From assembly GCA_001001705.1 (NCBI GenBank), contig LCOG01000001.1, positions 22,449 to 86,448 on the forward strand: 64,000 nt of DNA, in the 5' to 3' direction. Below are positions 36,712 through 48,005 of the stretch, in pieces (position 1 is the stretch's first letter; each line of letters starts with the position of its first letter). The position numbers and the translations under genes were made by a program. This stretch comes from Parcubacteria group bacterium GW2011_GWA2_47_26 (GTDB lineage: Bacteria; Patescibacteriota; Patescibacteriia; GWA2-47-26). The notes beneath the pieces are model-generated. The model saw nothing but the letters and a program-made list of their open reading frames with translations, was not told the origin of the DNA and did no database searches.

Positions 36712-37536
36712 TTAATCAAAATAATTTTTACACAATGCAATGTACTCATGTCCGGGCACGACAAAAAATGTTTCCGCGTACCGCGCTTGATTTGTTTTTA
36801 AAAATCGGCAATTAAACGCGTTAAGTCCTTTAATATAATGCGCCCAATCTCTACTTCTTTTTTGACTCTCCCAAATGTTTATTAACTCTATTTTTTGGTC
36901 CATCACGTCAGTAATATCTACAACTACATTCGGCAGTACTGTGGAATAAACCTGATAAGCCCACACTTCAAACTTGGAAGACCTTTCACCTTTAAAAGCT
37001 TCGTAGAACAATTTACTGCACTCTCTATGATCTATGTGATCATCAGCTAAAAATGGAATAAAAACCGCCTCCGGCTGGAATGTTTTTACAGCGCTTCTAA
37101 ATTTTTGCAATATTTTTTCGTCTAACGGTATTGATTTTTTGTCATACCTCCAGAATTCCACATTAGTTCCAAATTGTCGCGCTACTCTCATAGTCTCGTC
37201 CTCTAATACCTGCCGATCAGAATCCTGGCTATTAGGATTTGTCCCGGATGTTATGTAGATTACTTTTATATTAACGCCCTGCTTAATACACTTGAGCAAT
37301 ACTCCTCCGGAAGATAGCACATCATCATCTGGATGTGGAGAAAAAACTAAAATCTTTTTTGCATCTGGCCGATCCATCAGAATTGGCTCAAGATTTTGCG
37401 AAAAACGCTTTGATTCTAAAACCCCTGCCAGCGCGTCTAAATCACGCAAGCCCATCCAGTCTCTTAAAACAAACTTATAATTTGCTTTTGTTGGGTTTCT
37501 CATGAGGAGGGTTTTAAATTTTGAAATTATTTTCAT
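36712..37536 (-). CDS. PIG-L/LmbE-family N-deacetylase
   Basis: ILVFSPHPDDDVLSSGGVLLK and DDHIDHRE. Confidence 0.85.
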   Translation of the reverse strand: MKIISKFKTLLMRNPTKANYKFVLRDWMGLRDLDALAGVLESKRFSQNLEPILMDRPDAKKILVFSPHPDDDVLSSGGVLLKCIKQGVNIKVIYITSGTNPNSQDSDRQVLEDETMRVARQFGTNVEFWRYDKKSIPLDEKILQKFRSAVKTFQPEAVFIPFLADDHIDHRECSKLFYEAFKGERSSKFEVWAYQVYSTVLPNVVVDITDVMDQKIELINIWESQKRSRDWAHYIKGLNAFNCRFLKTNQARYAETFFVVPGHEYIALCKNYFD

Positions 37537-38168
37537 AATACTATATTATACCCTTTCCCAGATAACACAACCGTAACACCTTTTCTTGCATCTTGGTTTA
37601 CAAAATTAAGAGCACCTACACGCCGTACAGTATATGCAAAAAAAATTTTAAATCCCGCCGAATTAATCCCGGCTTGTGAAGCAATATTATCGTTAGTACA
37701 GTCAATATATACCTGTTCAACGCCTTGTTGAGCACACAAAGCTTTCGCTCTCAACAATCCTTTCTTATATAAATCCCGCCGCCTGTACTGGGGTGCAGTA
37801 AAGCAATCCCATATATATGCGGTGCAAGGTTTAACAACTAATTTTGTCTTGAATACCCAGGGTACTAATATTGAAGTGCTTTCCGGATATGAAATCCACA
37901 TATAAAATACTACTGCATTGTCCTGATCAAAAAATCCATAACAATAATGATGCCCATCTTTTAAGCGATTATAAAATTTCTCTATTCTATTCTTTTCATC
38001 AAATATAGGATCTTTTGCAAACAGTTCTTTTGGTATTTGTTTAAAAACATAATTATTATTTTGAATTAACAATTCTGAAGTCACCTCAGATCTAAAAAAA
38101 ATCCCATGGCGAGCTTGTATTGTAATAAACCGATTGATAATATCCTTCATACTAAATAATCCTTCCAT
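37533..38168 (-). CDS. GNAT-family acyltransferase (probable)
   Basis: YIWDCFTAPQYRRRDLYKKGLLRAKALCAQQGVEQVYIDC...ASQAGINSAGFK. The start is either ATG 38168 or ATG 38150. Confidence 0.55.
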   Translation of the reverse strand: MEGLFSMKDIINRFITIQARHGIFFRSEVTSELLIQNNNYVFKQIPKELFAKDPIFDEKNRIEKFYNRLKDGHHYCYGFFDQDNAVVFYMWISYPESTSILVPWVFKTKLVVKPCTAYIWDCFTAPQYRRRDLYKKGLLRAKALCAQQGVEQVYIDCTNDNIASQAGINSAGFKIFFAYTVRRVGALNFVNQDARKGVTVVLSGKGYNIVL

Positions 38169-39168
38169 GTTTTTTCCGCCATACTCCTACTTTCCTCCTC
38201 AAAAATAAGGGGCCTCGCGCGATACCCACAGCCGCTACAGCATCAAAAATCTTTGCGAGACAAAAACTTTTTTCTTTTATATTCTGCCTAAGTGGCGTGT
38301 AGTAATACAGTTCTCGCGGAATGCCTCCAAAATTAACCTTTGATTGATATACACCGCTTCCTTCTCGCGATTCTCCCATATCCAATATTGAGATTCCGTT
38401 TTTAATACAGAGCTTCATTGTCTCCCAAATAAGAAATTGAGTCGGGGCGTACTGTTCTGTACCAGTGCGATAAGCCTGAAAAGGGTAAATCGCGCAATCT
38501 TTGTTTAAGAGATTTAATATCCCTCCAATTACTTCGTTGCTAGATTTTGCCACAATTAGTTCAACTCGATCAGCTAATTGCTCAGTAAGATTTTTAAAAA
38601 ACTCATAGGAATGGATTGAGATGCCTTTTCCAAGCATCCGCTGCCTGTATATCTTATAAAATTCCCGTAAGTTTTGCAATCCGTACTCGGCAATGAGGCC
38701 TGATTTTATCGCTTTCCGTATCATGTTGCGCGTCTTGTTGCTCAAGGCGCGCCAGGCCTCTTCTTCAGAAGAGGCAAGTCCCATACAGACTGTTTTTTTA
38801 CTATATCCTTCAATACTAGTCGCCACTCGCGTGTAGCCGGAACTAATTACCGCCGCAGTGGCTCCTTGCGCTTTACACCATGGTATTAAAAAGGTAAACA
38901 ATTCATTAACGCTTGCATTATCGGCAATCAATCCAAATCGCAGTGAATAGAATACTCTCCCTCCCGGCGTCTTTGCAAAGTAGCCAGGGCATACCCCGCA
39001 AATCTCTCCAGCGCTGTTTTCTGCGAATATAAAAAAAGTGTCTACCCCATAACTTTTTTTAAGAATCTCCTTCCAGACATAATAATTCATCGATGGTTGT
39101 GCCGAATATCTATCAAGATACGCATCCCATCGGCCACGATCATCATTAGTTGCGAAATATACTGCCAT
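38152..39168 (-). CDS. FemAB/Acetyltransf_6-like (aminoacyl- or acyl-transferase fold)
   Basis: 338 aa. SNKTRNMIRKAIKSGL, LREFYKIYRQRMLGKGI, VIGGILNLL, LIWETMKLCIKNGISILDMGES, YQSKVNFGG. Confidence 0.6.
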   Translation of the reverse strand: MAVYFATNDDRGRWDAYLDRYSAQPSMNYYVWKEILKKSYGVDTFFIFAENSAGEICGVCPGYFAKTPGGRVFYSLRFGLIADNASVNELFTFLIPWCKAQGATAAVISSGYTRVATSIEGYSKKTVCMGLASSEEEAWRALSNKTRNMIRKAIKSGLIAEYGLQNLREFYKIYRQRMLGKGISIHSYEFFKNLTEQLADRVELIVAKSSNEVIGGILNLLNKDCAIYPFQAYRTGTEQYAPTQFLIWETMKLCIKNGISILDMGESREGSGVYQSKVNFGGIPRELYYYTPLRQNIKEKSFCLAKIFDAVAAVGIARGPLFLRRKVGVWRKKHGRII

Positions 39169-39174
39169 AATCCT

Positions 39175-40968
39175 TTAAATTTGTTGTGATACGGACATTT
39201 GATGAAACTTGCTATTACGATTCTCATATAGATTTTTAAAAGTGCCTTCCTCAAGCACGTGCCCTTGATCAATTACATAAAGATAATCCGCGTTTTTAAT
39301 CGTTGACAAACGATGCGCAATAAGAATTATCGTCTTGGTGCCTTTAATGGCATCCAAACTTTTCTGAATATATTGTTCGGACTCCGTATCCAGCGCGCTT
39401 GTCGCCTCGTCAAACACAATAATATCTGGGCCGCGATAGAGTTCACGAGCAATGGCCACTCGCTGGCGCTGGCCTACTGAAAGATTGATGCCGCGATCAC
39501 CAACCATTGTGTCATACCGAAATGGTAAGCGTTCAATAAAGTCAGTGCAATATGCCTTTCTACATTGCTCCTCGACCCGCCGCATCACGTCTTCCTTCGG
39601 TCGGTCATCCCAAAATGAAATGTTATCTGCGATCGTACCATTAAACATAGTAATTTCCTGTGTTACATAACCGATATGCTGACGCAACCAGCTCACATCA
39701 AGATTCTGATACGGAATCCTATCAAACATAATTTCACCCGTAGTTGGTTTCAGGATGCCGCTTACCAAATCAACAATGGTTGATTTTCCAACCCCCGAGG
39801 CGCCCACAAGTGCGACCACGGTATTTTTTTTAAACTCCATACTGATCGAAGATAGAATTAACTTCGTGTCGTAGGAAAAACTCACGTTATGAAACCTGAT
39901 TGCGTTATCCAGTTTATCTTTCTTGATTATCCCGCCTTGTTCTTTGAGCTTGGCAATTTTTTCAAGAGCCTCCGGAATCACCTTGAGCGCGCCACTGCCG
40001 CTCAAAAACTTTTGCCAGCTTGACTGCAGCGTCACGACACGCATGAACGTACGATAAAACAGCAGGATGAGTACAGCAATGAGTGAAAATTCCTTACCAA
40101 AAAATGCAATTTCAACATAAAGCAACAGTGAAACAAGAATCACTGCAAGTGATTCAGGCAGATTTGCAAGGAATCCACCAATGATCGCAATCTTGAAACG
40201 CAAATGAGTAGCACGATGGATAATGTCTTCCAAATACTGTCCCGTAGTGGAAATACGACTCGTGGATTTCAAATATTTATAAAACTGCATGAATTCTACC
40301 AATCCGCCTTGTAAGCGTTCATCTTCTTTGACTACGCGAAGTGAATATTGCTTGGTTAGTGTCATAAACCTCCGAAAAAGAATAAATACCACCATTCCAG
40401 CCCCAACTGCGCTCAGGGTAATTCTCCAATCAAGAAGCACAGAAAATCCTAGATACACCGTAATAAAGATAAGGCTCACGAGCACCCCACCGTAATTCTG
40501 AAATGCGCCTAAAAATGTCCAGAGTACGGAAGCAAGAATGTTCATAAAGTACCCTGTAGAGGTTTGAAGATAGAGCAGCCGGTAATCAGCGTTGGCCCAT
40601 CCCCTAATGATACGACTCGACACGGTTCTATAAAGGTCTCGTGTAATACGTTGGGCAATAATATCCTGGATAAATGTAAAGAAGAATTTGAATATAAAAA
40701 CAAGACTTATGAGAAGTAGGATTCCCGTAAGAGTGTCCATGTGCAATGCACGAAGCACTGATGAAAATAATTCCAAAAATGCGCTCCCATTCGTCTCTTC
40801 CCCGATTTGCAAACGCGCCAAAAGAGGAAAAAACAGGACAATTCCAACACCCTCAAAAAGACCGGCAACAAACATTAAAAATGGCAAGAGGAGGAATTTC
40901 CATTTTGCCAAATCTAAAAATACCCTAAAATACGAAAAAAAAGATTTTGCCCGCGGAGGAGAATTCAT
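39175..40968 (-). CDS. ABC exporter, fused TMD-NBD half-transporter (MsbA/PglK type; candidate lipid-linked glycan flippase)
   Basis: Six N-terminal TM segments. Walker A GASGVGKST, signature LSVGQRQR, Walker B IIVFDEATSALD. Confidence 0.9.
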   Translation of the reverse strand: MNSPPRAKSFFSYFRVFLDLAKWKFLLLPFLMFVAGLFEGVGIVLFFPLLARLQIGEETNGSAFLELFSSVLRALHMDTLTGILLLISLVFIFKFFFTFIQDIIAQRITRDLYRTVSSRIIRGWANADYRLLYLQTSTGYFMNILASVLWTFLGAFQNYGGVLVSLIFITVYLGFSVLLDWRITLSAVGAGMVVFILFRRFMTLTKQYSLRVVKEDERLQGGLVEFMQFYKYLKSTSRISTTGQYLEDIIHRATHLRFKIAIIGGFLANLPESLAVILVSLLLYVEIAFFGKEFSLIAVLILLFYRTFMRVVTLQSSWQKFLSGSGALKVIPEALEKIAKLKEQGGIIKKDKLDNAIRFHNVSFSYDTKLILSSISMEFKKNTVVALVGASGVGKSTIVDLVSGILKPTTGEIMFDRIPYQNLDVSWLRQHIGYVTQEITMFNGTIADNISFWDDRPKEDVMRRVEEQCRKAYCTDFIERLPFRYDTMVGDRGINLSVGQRQRVAIARELYRGPDIIVFDEATSALDTESEQYIQKSLDAIKGTKTIILIAHRLSTIKNADYLYVIDQGHVLEEGTFKNLYENRNSKFHQMSVSQQI

Positions 40969-40970
40969 TT

Positions 40971-42473
40971 TTAATGATTTAATGATCCAATAAACGATCC
41001 ATATATTACCTCAACTTCTCTTTTAGTCGCGGGTTCTCTATCTTTGGAAGCGTAATCACTCCAATGCAAATCTATCGACGAGGCTTTGAGTGCAGCAAGA
41101 TACCTCTTACCGTCTTCTTGCCGTCGCTTTTTGTTCTCCTCTGTATCTTCACTACAGCATATGTTAAACAAAAGGGGTCTTAATTCTTTCCATGACTCAA
41201 CCACATGCACTGATGGCAAAAAATTAAAGTTATTATGAATACCAAACGAGATAACGGGTATACCCAGTATGACTGCCTCGGTGCCCACTGTGCTGGCAAT
41301 GACTATTACACATCGTGCATTCCTTGCTATATCGAGCGCATAAGATGAAGGCGAAACCATTACTATATTAGGAATACCCAAAATAGTTGAATAAAAATCC
41401 CTCGGCCTCCTACTTATACCTCCAAGATGATCTTTGACAACAAGAATTGTGCCCGCCGGCAGATTCTTCGCTATAAGTTCAATAAGAGCCAATTGCTCAT
41501 TAAATTCAGGACTTAACAAACTCAAAGCCGTCTCTGGCTCAATGTGCAAAGGATAAAAAACATACGACATGCCGCGTAGTCCCTTATGATCTATAAATGT
41601 ATCACTTCCCAAATTTCTTACAGCTCTATACGTTCTATATGCAGATTTAATTTTCTCAAATAATTTATAATTGCTCATCGTGACTATTTTTTTATATTTC
41701 CGGCTGGCATGAATTCTCAATTGTAACAAAATTTCTTCTACAAAAGCAATGGTTGAGCCAGCGCGTTTGAACCTCTGATAGTTTTTATCTGACCAGGGAA
41801 GCCTTTTTAGATCACGAATTTCTTCAGCATTCACAAGTCGGTCGGGATCTTCAATTATCTTAAACTTCTGTTTGATTTCCGGAAATGAATAATATTCGTC
41901 AGTCCCCCAATGAAAATATGACTGATACTTAGCAAAGGTAAAAGCGCGAATCGGAATGCCACGTCCCCTTGCTACCACTGAACAAGTTTTTCCTACAACT
42001 CCGGAAGATATTCCGATAATTAAGTCCGGGTTGATCTTGTCAAAACAGTCCTCCCAAAAACGAATAGCTTTGTTAAACATGTTTACCGATTTTATATATG
42101 TTGCGTTATTGCTTAATTCAGATTTAGGATGCCCTATTCCGCCAGCAGAACAACCACGCCCCAGATGCCTATCGCTTTGTAGCGTATCCATAACGAGCGT
42201 CTTGTATCTATGCTCATATTCTCTTGCTTCTTTATATATTTCCTCAACTTCGTTAGAACAATCATTATATTCGGAGGGGAAGAAATCAAGAGTAATAAAA
42301 GTATCTATCGTCCCCATGCGATCCTGTTTTTTCCAATATGCAATATCTTTGGGAGTATTACAAATGAAATGAATCTTCGCTTCCAATTGTTTCTTTATCT
42401 CCTCGGCAAGAGGAACCCATAACCAATTATAATTTGACAGTCCCCAAATAACGACATTTTTTATTGCTTGCAT
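40971..42473 (-). CDS. Capsule_synth (KpsS/KpsC-like) family protein
   Basis: 500 aa. FYPLHIEPETAL, ILVVKDHLGG and IASTVGTEAVILGIPVISFG resemble the KpsS/KpsC pattern. Confidence 0.6.
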   Translation of the reverse strand: MQAIKNVVIWGLSNYNWLWVPLAEEIKKQLEAKIHFICNTPKDIAYWKKQDRMGTIDTFITLDFFPSEYNDCSNEVEEIYKEAREYEHRYKTLVMDTLQSDRHLGRGCSAGGIGHPKSELSNNATYIKSVNMFNKAIRFWEDCFDKINPDLIIGISSGVVGKTCSVVARGRGIPIRAFTFAKYQSYFHWGTDEYYSFPEIKQKFKIIEDPDRLVNAEEIRDLKRLPWSDKNYQRFKRAGSTIAFVEEILLQLRIHASRKYKKIVTMSNYKLFEKIKSAYRTYRAVRNLGSDTFIDHKGLRGMSYVFYPLHIEPETALSLLSPEFNEQLALIELIAKNLPAGTILVVKDHLGGISRRPRDFYSTILGIPNIVMVSPSSYALDIARNARCVIVIASTVGTEAVILGIPVISFGIHNNFNFLPSVHVVESWKELRPLLFNICCSEDTEENKKRRQEDGKRYLAALKASSIDLHWSDYASKDREPATKREVEVIYGSFIGSLNH

Positions 42474-42488
42474 AAAGGATCCGGTTTC

Positions 42489-43445
42489 TTACATTTTGTA
42501 ATCAAAATAATCCAATATTGGTTTTAAATGCTTTCCAATAAAGGATATTTCACTCTCATTCAGTACTTGTATTTTTCTACTAAGAACTGATCTGCCCACT
42601 CCTGTTAATTGCTCAAAAGAACTACCGTATCCATGGGGCTGCCCACATAATGTAGGCTTTAACAGATTGTCGGTAAATTCAATACCTACGTGATCAGCGA
42701 TATCTCTCATCGTTTTTTCCGGCTCTGCCACTAAATCTTCAAATCTTATAAGCACTGTCCGCTCATCCACTATCTCGGATCGGTTATTCCAAAAAAAATA
42801 ATAATCCTTAATAACCTCGGCAAAATTAATCGGATGCAACGTTTTACTTTTCCTGTTTGTTCTGTCAAGTAACGAGTCTCTACTAAACATTCGGGCTTTC
42901 TTAAGAGAGTCAAGTGCATGATAAGGGTTTCTTATAAAAAAAATACATCTACAATTTTTAAGGTTAACTTTTTTTGTAGACAGTATGCTCCTTCCCATAT
43001 CTCCTATAAACATATACGCCGTGTCACGCTCGGAATAATCTGTAGGGAAGGAGTGCGCATAAGCGTTAACTAAACAATTCCAAATCTCGGGAATGCTCGT
43101 GCATCTCTTTAAACCAGCTAAATGATCAAGGAACACTTCCTTTTTAAAGTGAAGATCTACCTCATATTTTACAGGAGCAATTCCGCGAATGACTCCACCG
43201 AGCCAAGGTAATATATCACGGTCAATAAAAGACTCCATTAAATCATCTCTACCAAAGTGCTTAAATGCATCAATAAATAAAGACTCCTGACCTCTTTCTT
43301 GATAATTATATACATGCTCCCAAAAAAAAGCCTCATCAATAAAATGAATAATACCGGGCTGAGAATCAAATAAACGAGTAAGTAGCGTCCCTCCGGATCT
43401 TTTAGGTCCAGAAACAATTATTGTCTTATCAATAGACTTACTCAT
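42489..43445 (-). CDS. Sulfotransferase
   Basis: IIVSGPKRSGGTLLTRLF is a 5'-PSB-like loop. FFIRNPYHALDS is a 3'-PB-like motif. Confidence 0.75.
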   Translation of the reverse strand: MSKSIDKTIIVSGPKRSGGTLLTRLFDSQPGIIHFIDEAFFWEHVYNYQERGQESLFIDAFKHFGRDDLMESFIDRDILPWLGGVIRGIAPVKYEVDLHFKKEVFLDHLAGLKRCTSIPEIWNCLVNAYAHSFPTDYSERDTAYMFIGDMGRSILSTKKVNLKNCRCIFFIRNPYHALDSLKKARMFSRDSLLDRTNRKSKTLHPINFAEVIKDYYFFWNNRSEIVDERTVLIRFEDLVAEPEKTMRDIADHVGIEFTDNLLKPTLCGQPHGYGSSFEQLTGVGRSVLSRKIQVLNESEISFIGKHLKPILDYFDYKM

Positions 43446-44176
43446 ACTTTAATTTCATTTCTAAGTATAGCTCTTCCCATTAAAAGCTCCGCGAATGAAA
43501 AATCTATCTCTTCATCAATATCAATAGATCGTTCCTTCGGCATTACATATAGCGCTGTTTGTTTTGTGATTATGGCGTTCTCTTTAAATAAAGTATCTCT
43601 CGTTGTGGCGTAGATGCCACCATTGGGAATGAAAAGCCTCTCATAAAATTTCCGAACGGTCCTTTTACCTTGAATTGTGCCGAAAAGGTATGGCTCTGCG
43701 TAATTACCCTTTTTAAGTCGGAACATCCATTCAGGTCTCTCACGAATTTCTACTGCCGAAAAGGTCGATGAGAGTGCTTTGCCCTTCATGAGAAGTGATA
43801 TGCATGCGTCAATATCTGCACCGCGACAAAACGGAGAAGTCGGCTGGAGAGTAACAACGATGTCAACCCTCTTTCCTTCCTCCTTCTCAATGGATCTGAT
43901 AACGTGCTGAATAACGACGATAGATGTTGCATTGCTGCCGGAAATTCTTTTTGGTCGTTCATACGGGACCTCGGCTCCATATTGCAAAGAAATCTTTTTT
44001 ATTTCAGGATGATCAGTAGAAACAATAACTCTCCGTAAATATTTGCTTTGGAGAGCGGCGGAGATAATATAGGATATTAACGGTTTCCCTGCTAACAGTT
44101 TTATATTTTTAAGGGGGACCCTTACCGACCCGCCTCTCGCGGGAATAATTCCTATAATATTTAAAGGCATCTTCAT
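43442..44176 (-). CDS. CMP-nonulosonic acid synthetase (acylneuraminate cytidylyltransferase family; NeuA/LegF-like)
   Basis: IIGIIPARGGSVRVPLKNIKLLAGKPLISYII and VTLQPTSPF. Confidence 0.9.
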   Translation of the reverse strand: MKMPLNIIGIIPARGGSVRVPLKNIKLLAGKPLISYIISAALQSKYLRRVIVSTDHPEIKKISLQYGAEVPYERPKRISGSNATSIVVIQHVIRSIEKEEGKRVDIVVTLQPTSPFCRGADIDACISLLMKGKALSSTFSAVEIRERPEWMFRLKKGNYAEPYLFGTIQGKRTVRKFYERLFIPNGGIYATTRDTLFKENAIITKQTALYVMPKERSIDIDEEIDFSFAELLMGRAILRNEIKV

Positions 44177-45249
44177 AAGTTAAACCCTTTTACGGTTTCT
44201 CCGTAAGATTCCCACTGACCAATATCAGACCATGATTTTTCACTTACAGGATAAACACCCACTTTTCCCCCTCTTTCTCTTATCATTTTAATTAGATGGG
44301 GGATATCACATAACTCTTTTATGGGGAGATATTGCAAAACTATTTTTTCCAAAACATACATTCCGGTATTAGCTATAAAATCATACGCGGGTTTCTCTTC
44401 CAACGCGCTTAATTCTCCTCCTGAATTTATTTTCACAACACCATATGGAATAACCGTCTGCTGCATTGATCCTACGATGGTAAGGTCGTTCATATTCTCC
44501 TTATGAAAAGTATATATCTCATCATACCGCGCTTTAATAATCGTATCGCAATTTGAAAGAAAAAAAGTATCCGGAAAGTCTTTAGGAAGGAATTGCAGTC
44601 CTCCTACTGTGCCAAGCGGATCTTCGCCCTCGTCAATATATTTAATTCTATAATTAAAAGAATTATTATCAAAATATGATTTAATCATCTCCCTTTTATG
44701 ATTTAAAATAAGATAGATATCCCCGGCAATGTATTGTAAAAAATTATCAATTATCACTTCCACCGCTGGTTTATCGCCTATTGGTATTAATGCCTTGGGG
44801 AGAATCTTTGTAAATGGGTCTAAACGGCTACCCTTTCCTCCGGCCATAATAATAACGGGCACGTTGAGCGCGGAATATTTTTTATTTATCTCTTCAATAT
44901 TTTCTTCCGCAACGTCTTCCCAAAATATTACCTTCATAATTCGCTTATCCCCATCCACCACCGGAAGTGAGTGAACGCCCGTCTCAAGCATTCTTTTTCT
45001 AACATCTTTTTTTGAAATACCATCTTCAATATACACCGGCTCCTTGTTGTATATCTTATCAACTCTCTCGCGCAAATCACCATCCATAAGTATCCATCTT
45101 CTTATATCGCCGTCGGTAATAGTTCCGAGGAGTCGACAATCTTCATCAGCAACAAAAAGAATCTTTTTGGCTGTCTTGTCCATCTGCTTCATGGCCCCTT
45201 TAATCGTCGAGTCCTCACCCACAAATAAACTGTTCAAATCATCTATCAT
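44173..45249 (-). CDS. CBS-pair + sugar-phosphate nucleotidyltransferase (PtmE-like)
   Basis: GTITDGDIRRW and SLPVVDGDKRIMKVI (CBS), then VIIMAGGKGSRLDPFTKILPKALIPIG. Confidence 0.85.
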   Translation of the reverse strand: MIDDLNSLFVGEDSTIKGAMKQMDKTAKKILFVADEDCRLLGTITDGDIRRWILMDGDLRERVDKIYNKEPVYIEDGISKKDVRKRMLETGVHSLPVVDGDKRIMKVIFWEDVAEENIEEINKKYSALNVPVIIMAGGKGSRLDPFTKILPKALIPIGDKPAVEVIIDNFLQYIAGDIYLILNHKREMIKSYFDNNSFNYRIKYIDEGEDPLGTVGGLQFLPKDFPDTFFLSNCDTIIKARYDEIYTFHKENMNDLTIVGSMQQTVIPYGVVKINSGGELSALEEKPAYDFIANTGMYVLEKIVLQYLPIKELCDIPHLIKMIRERGGKVGVYPVSEKSWSDIGQWESYGETVKGFNL

Positions 45250-45256
45250 ATAAATG

Positions 45257-46476
<1,220 letters not shown>

Positions 46477-46480
<4 letters not shown>

Positions 46481-47112
46481 ATTCTCTTTGCCAAATTTCT
46501 ATAAATCTCGAGGCCATATTGGCCGCTGCATTCCGGATGGAATTGAAAAGCCAAAATATTATCAAACTGAAAACTCGAACAAAACTTATTTGGCCCATAC
46601 TGCGTTATTGAAGAGACAACGTCCTCCTTTTCGAGCTTAACATAATATGAGTGTACAAAATACATTGCCGCGCCATTAGATAACCCGTCCAGCAGCGTCC
46701 CCTTCCACTCAATATCCTTATCTGCCTGTATTTGGTTCCAGCCCACATGCGGCACTTTCACCCCGGGCGCTGTTTGCAATTTCATTACTGTACCTGGAAC
46801 AATGTTCAACCCGGCATGTCGTCCGAATTCAAAGCTCTCCGTCATAAGAATCTGCATGCCCAGACAAATTCCCACAAGCGGCTTGTCTGATAAAGCGTAC
46901 TCGCGCAACACATCCACAAGGCCTTTTTCTGTCAAATGTTCCATCGCAGTTCCGAATGCGCCAACACCAGTCAAAATGACCCCCGCTGACCGCAAAATAT
47001 CATCCCGCGAAGCAGTAATAATAGCACGAATGCCAACTGCTTTACAGGCCTGCTGAACACTGAATAAATTCCCTAGTCCATAATCAATAATTGCAACAAA
47101 TTTGGCATTCAT
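46477..47112 (-). CDS. HisH-like glutamine amidotransferase subunit (polysaccharide-cluster paralogue)
   Basis: VAIIDYGLGNLFSV, GICLGMQIL, FQFHPECS. Confidence 0.9.
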
Positions 47113-48005
47113 ACAGCCGCCACCGGTGTCATCTCGTGTTTAAGACACTGAACGCCGCGATTATTTAAATAATCTTTCAACTCTGGTAAGTCAATACCGT
47201 CCACTCGGGAATACCCTAAATTGCCACGAAGGAAATTCGTGTTTCCTTCACTAAATGATTTTTCTCTATATTTATATTTTTTCAGAAAACTATAATGCAG
47301 AAGGGATGCCATACTCACCGCGTCTACCCTTCCCTTAATAATAATGTCGCATACATGACTCGCGGACCCTGCTCCTCCACCAGCTATCACGGGTATGGAG
47401 ACCGATTCAGTAACTTGTCGAGTCAATTCTATGTCAAATCCTTTTCCAGTGCCTTCATTATCAATTGAAGTAACGAGAATTTCCCCGGCACCCAACTCCG
47501 CTGCCCGCCGAGCCCATTCTATCGCGTCCACACCGGTTTTCTCTCTGCCGTTATCAGTATAACATTCGTATTTTCCGTCCGGCCGCCTCATCGCCTCTAT
47601 AGAAACTACGATGGTAGAAGAACCAAACTCTTGAGACGCTTCCCGAATAAACTCTGGCCTTCTTAATGCAGCCGTATTAATCGCCACTTTATCTGCGCCC
47701 GCCCGTAGAATAGTACGTATATCGTCAATGTTTCGTAAACCGCCGCCGACTGTAAGGGGAATAAAAATTTCACTTGCGGTTTTTTCCACAATATGCAACA
47801 GGTTGTTTCGTCCATAAAGGCTAGCTACAATATCTATATATAATAATTCATCCGCGCCACTCTCGTAATAGTAACGGGCAAAATCTTCTGGCTTGCCAAG
47901 AACACGCAACCCTTCCAGGTGAATACCTTTTACCAGATTTGATCCTTTGATATCCAGGCGCGGGATAATCCGGATGTTAGCCATAGTTTTAGATTGGAAA
48001 TACAT
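47109..48005 (-). CDS. HisF-like cyclase subunit (polysaccharide-cluster paralogue)
   Basis: RIIPRLDIKG, ADELLYIDI, PLTVGGGL, IPVIAGGGAG. The true start is possibly ATG 47984 (MANIRII). Confidence 0.9.
   Translation of the reverse strand: MYFQSKTMANIRIIPRLDIKGSNLVKGIHLEGLRVLGKPEDFARYYYESGADELLYIDIVASLYGRNNLLHIVEKTASEIFIPLTVGGGLRNIDDIRTILRAGADKVAINTAALRRPEFIREASQEFGSSTIVVSIEAMRRPDGKYECYTDNGREKTGVDAIEWARRAAELGAGEILVTSIDNEGTGKGFDIELTRQVTESVSIPVIAGGGAGSASHVCDIIIKGRVDAVSMASLLHYSFLKKYKYREKSFSEGNTNFLRGNLGYSRVDGIDLPELKDYLNNRGVQCLKHEMTPVAAV

Noticed and set aside
41956-42372. 138-aa plus-strand ORF
   Set aside because: It lies entirely inside the KpsS-like minus-strand gene. It has no recognisable motifs and is typical of a shadow ORF.
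44101-44135. Near-palindrome taagggggaccctta resembling the repeat core
   Set aside because: It encodes the conserved IPARGGS(x)R(x)PLKN nucleotide-binding motif of the CMP-transferase. It has no flanking repeat modules, so the resemblance is coincidental.
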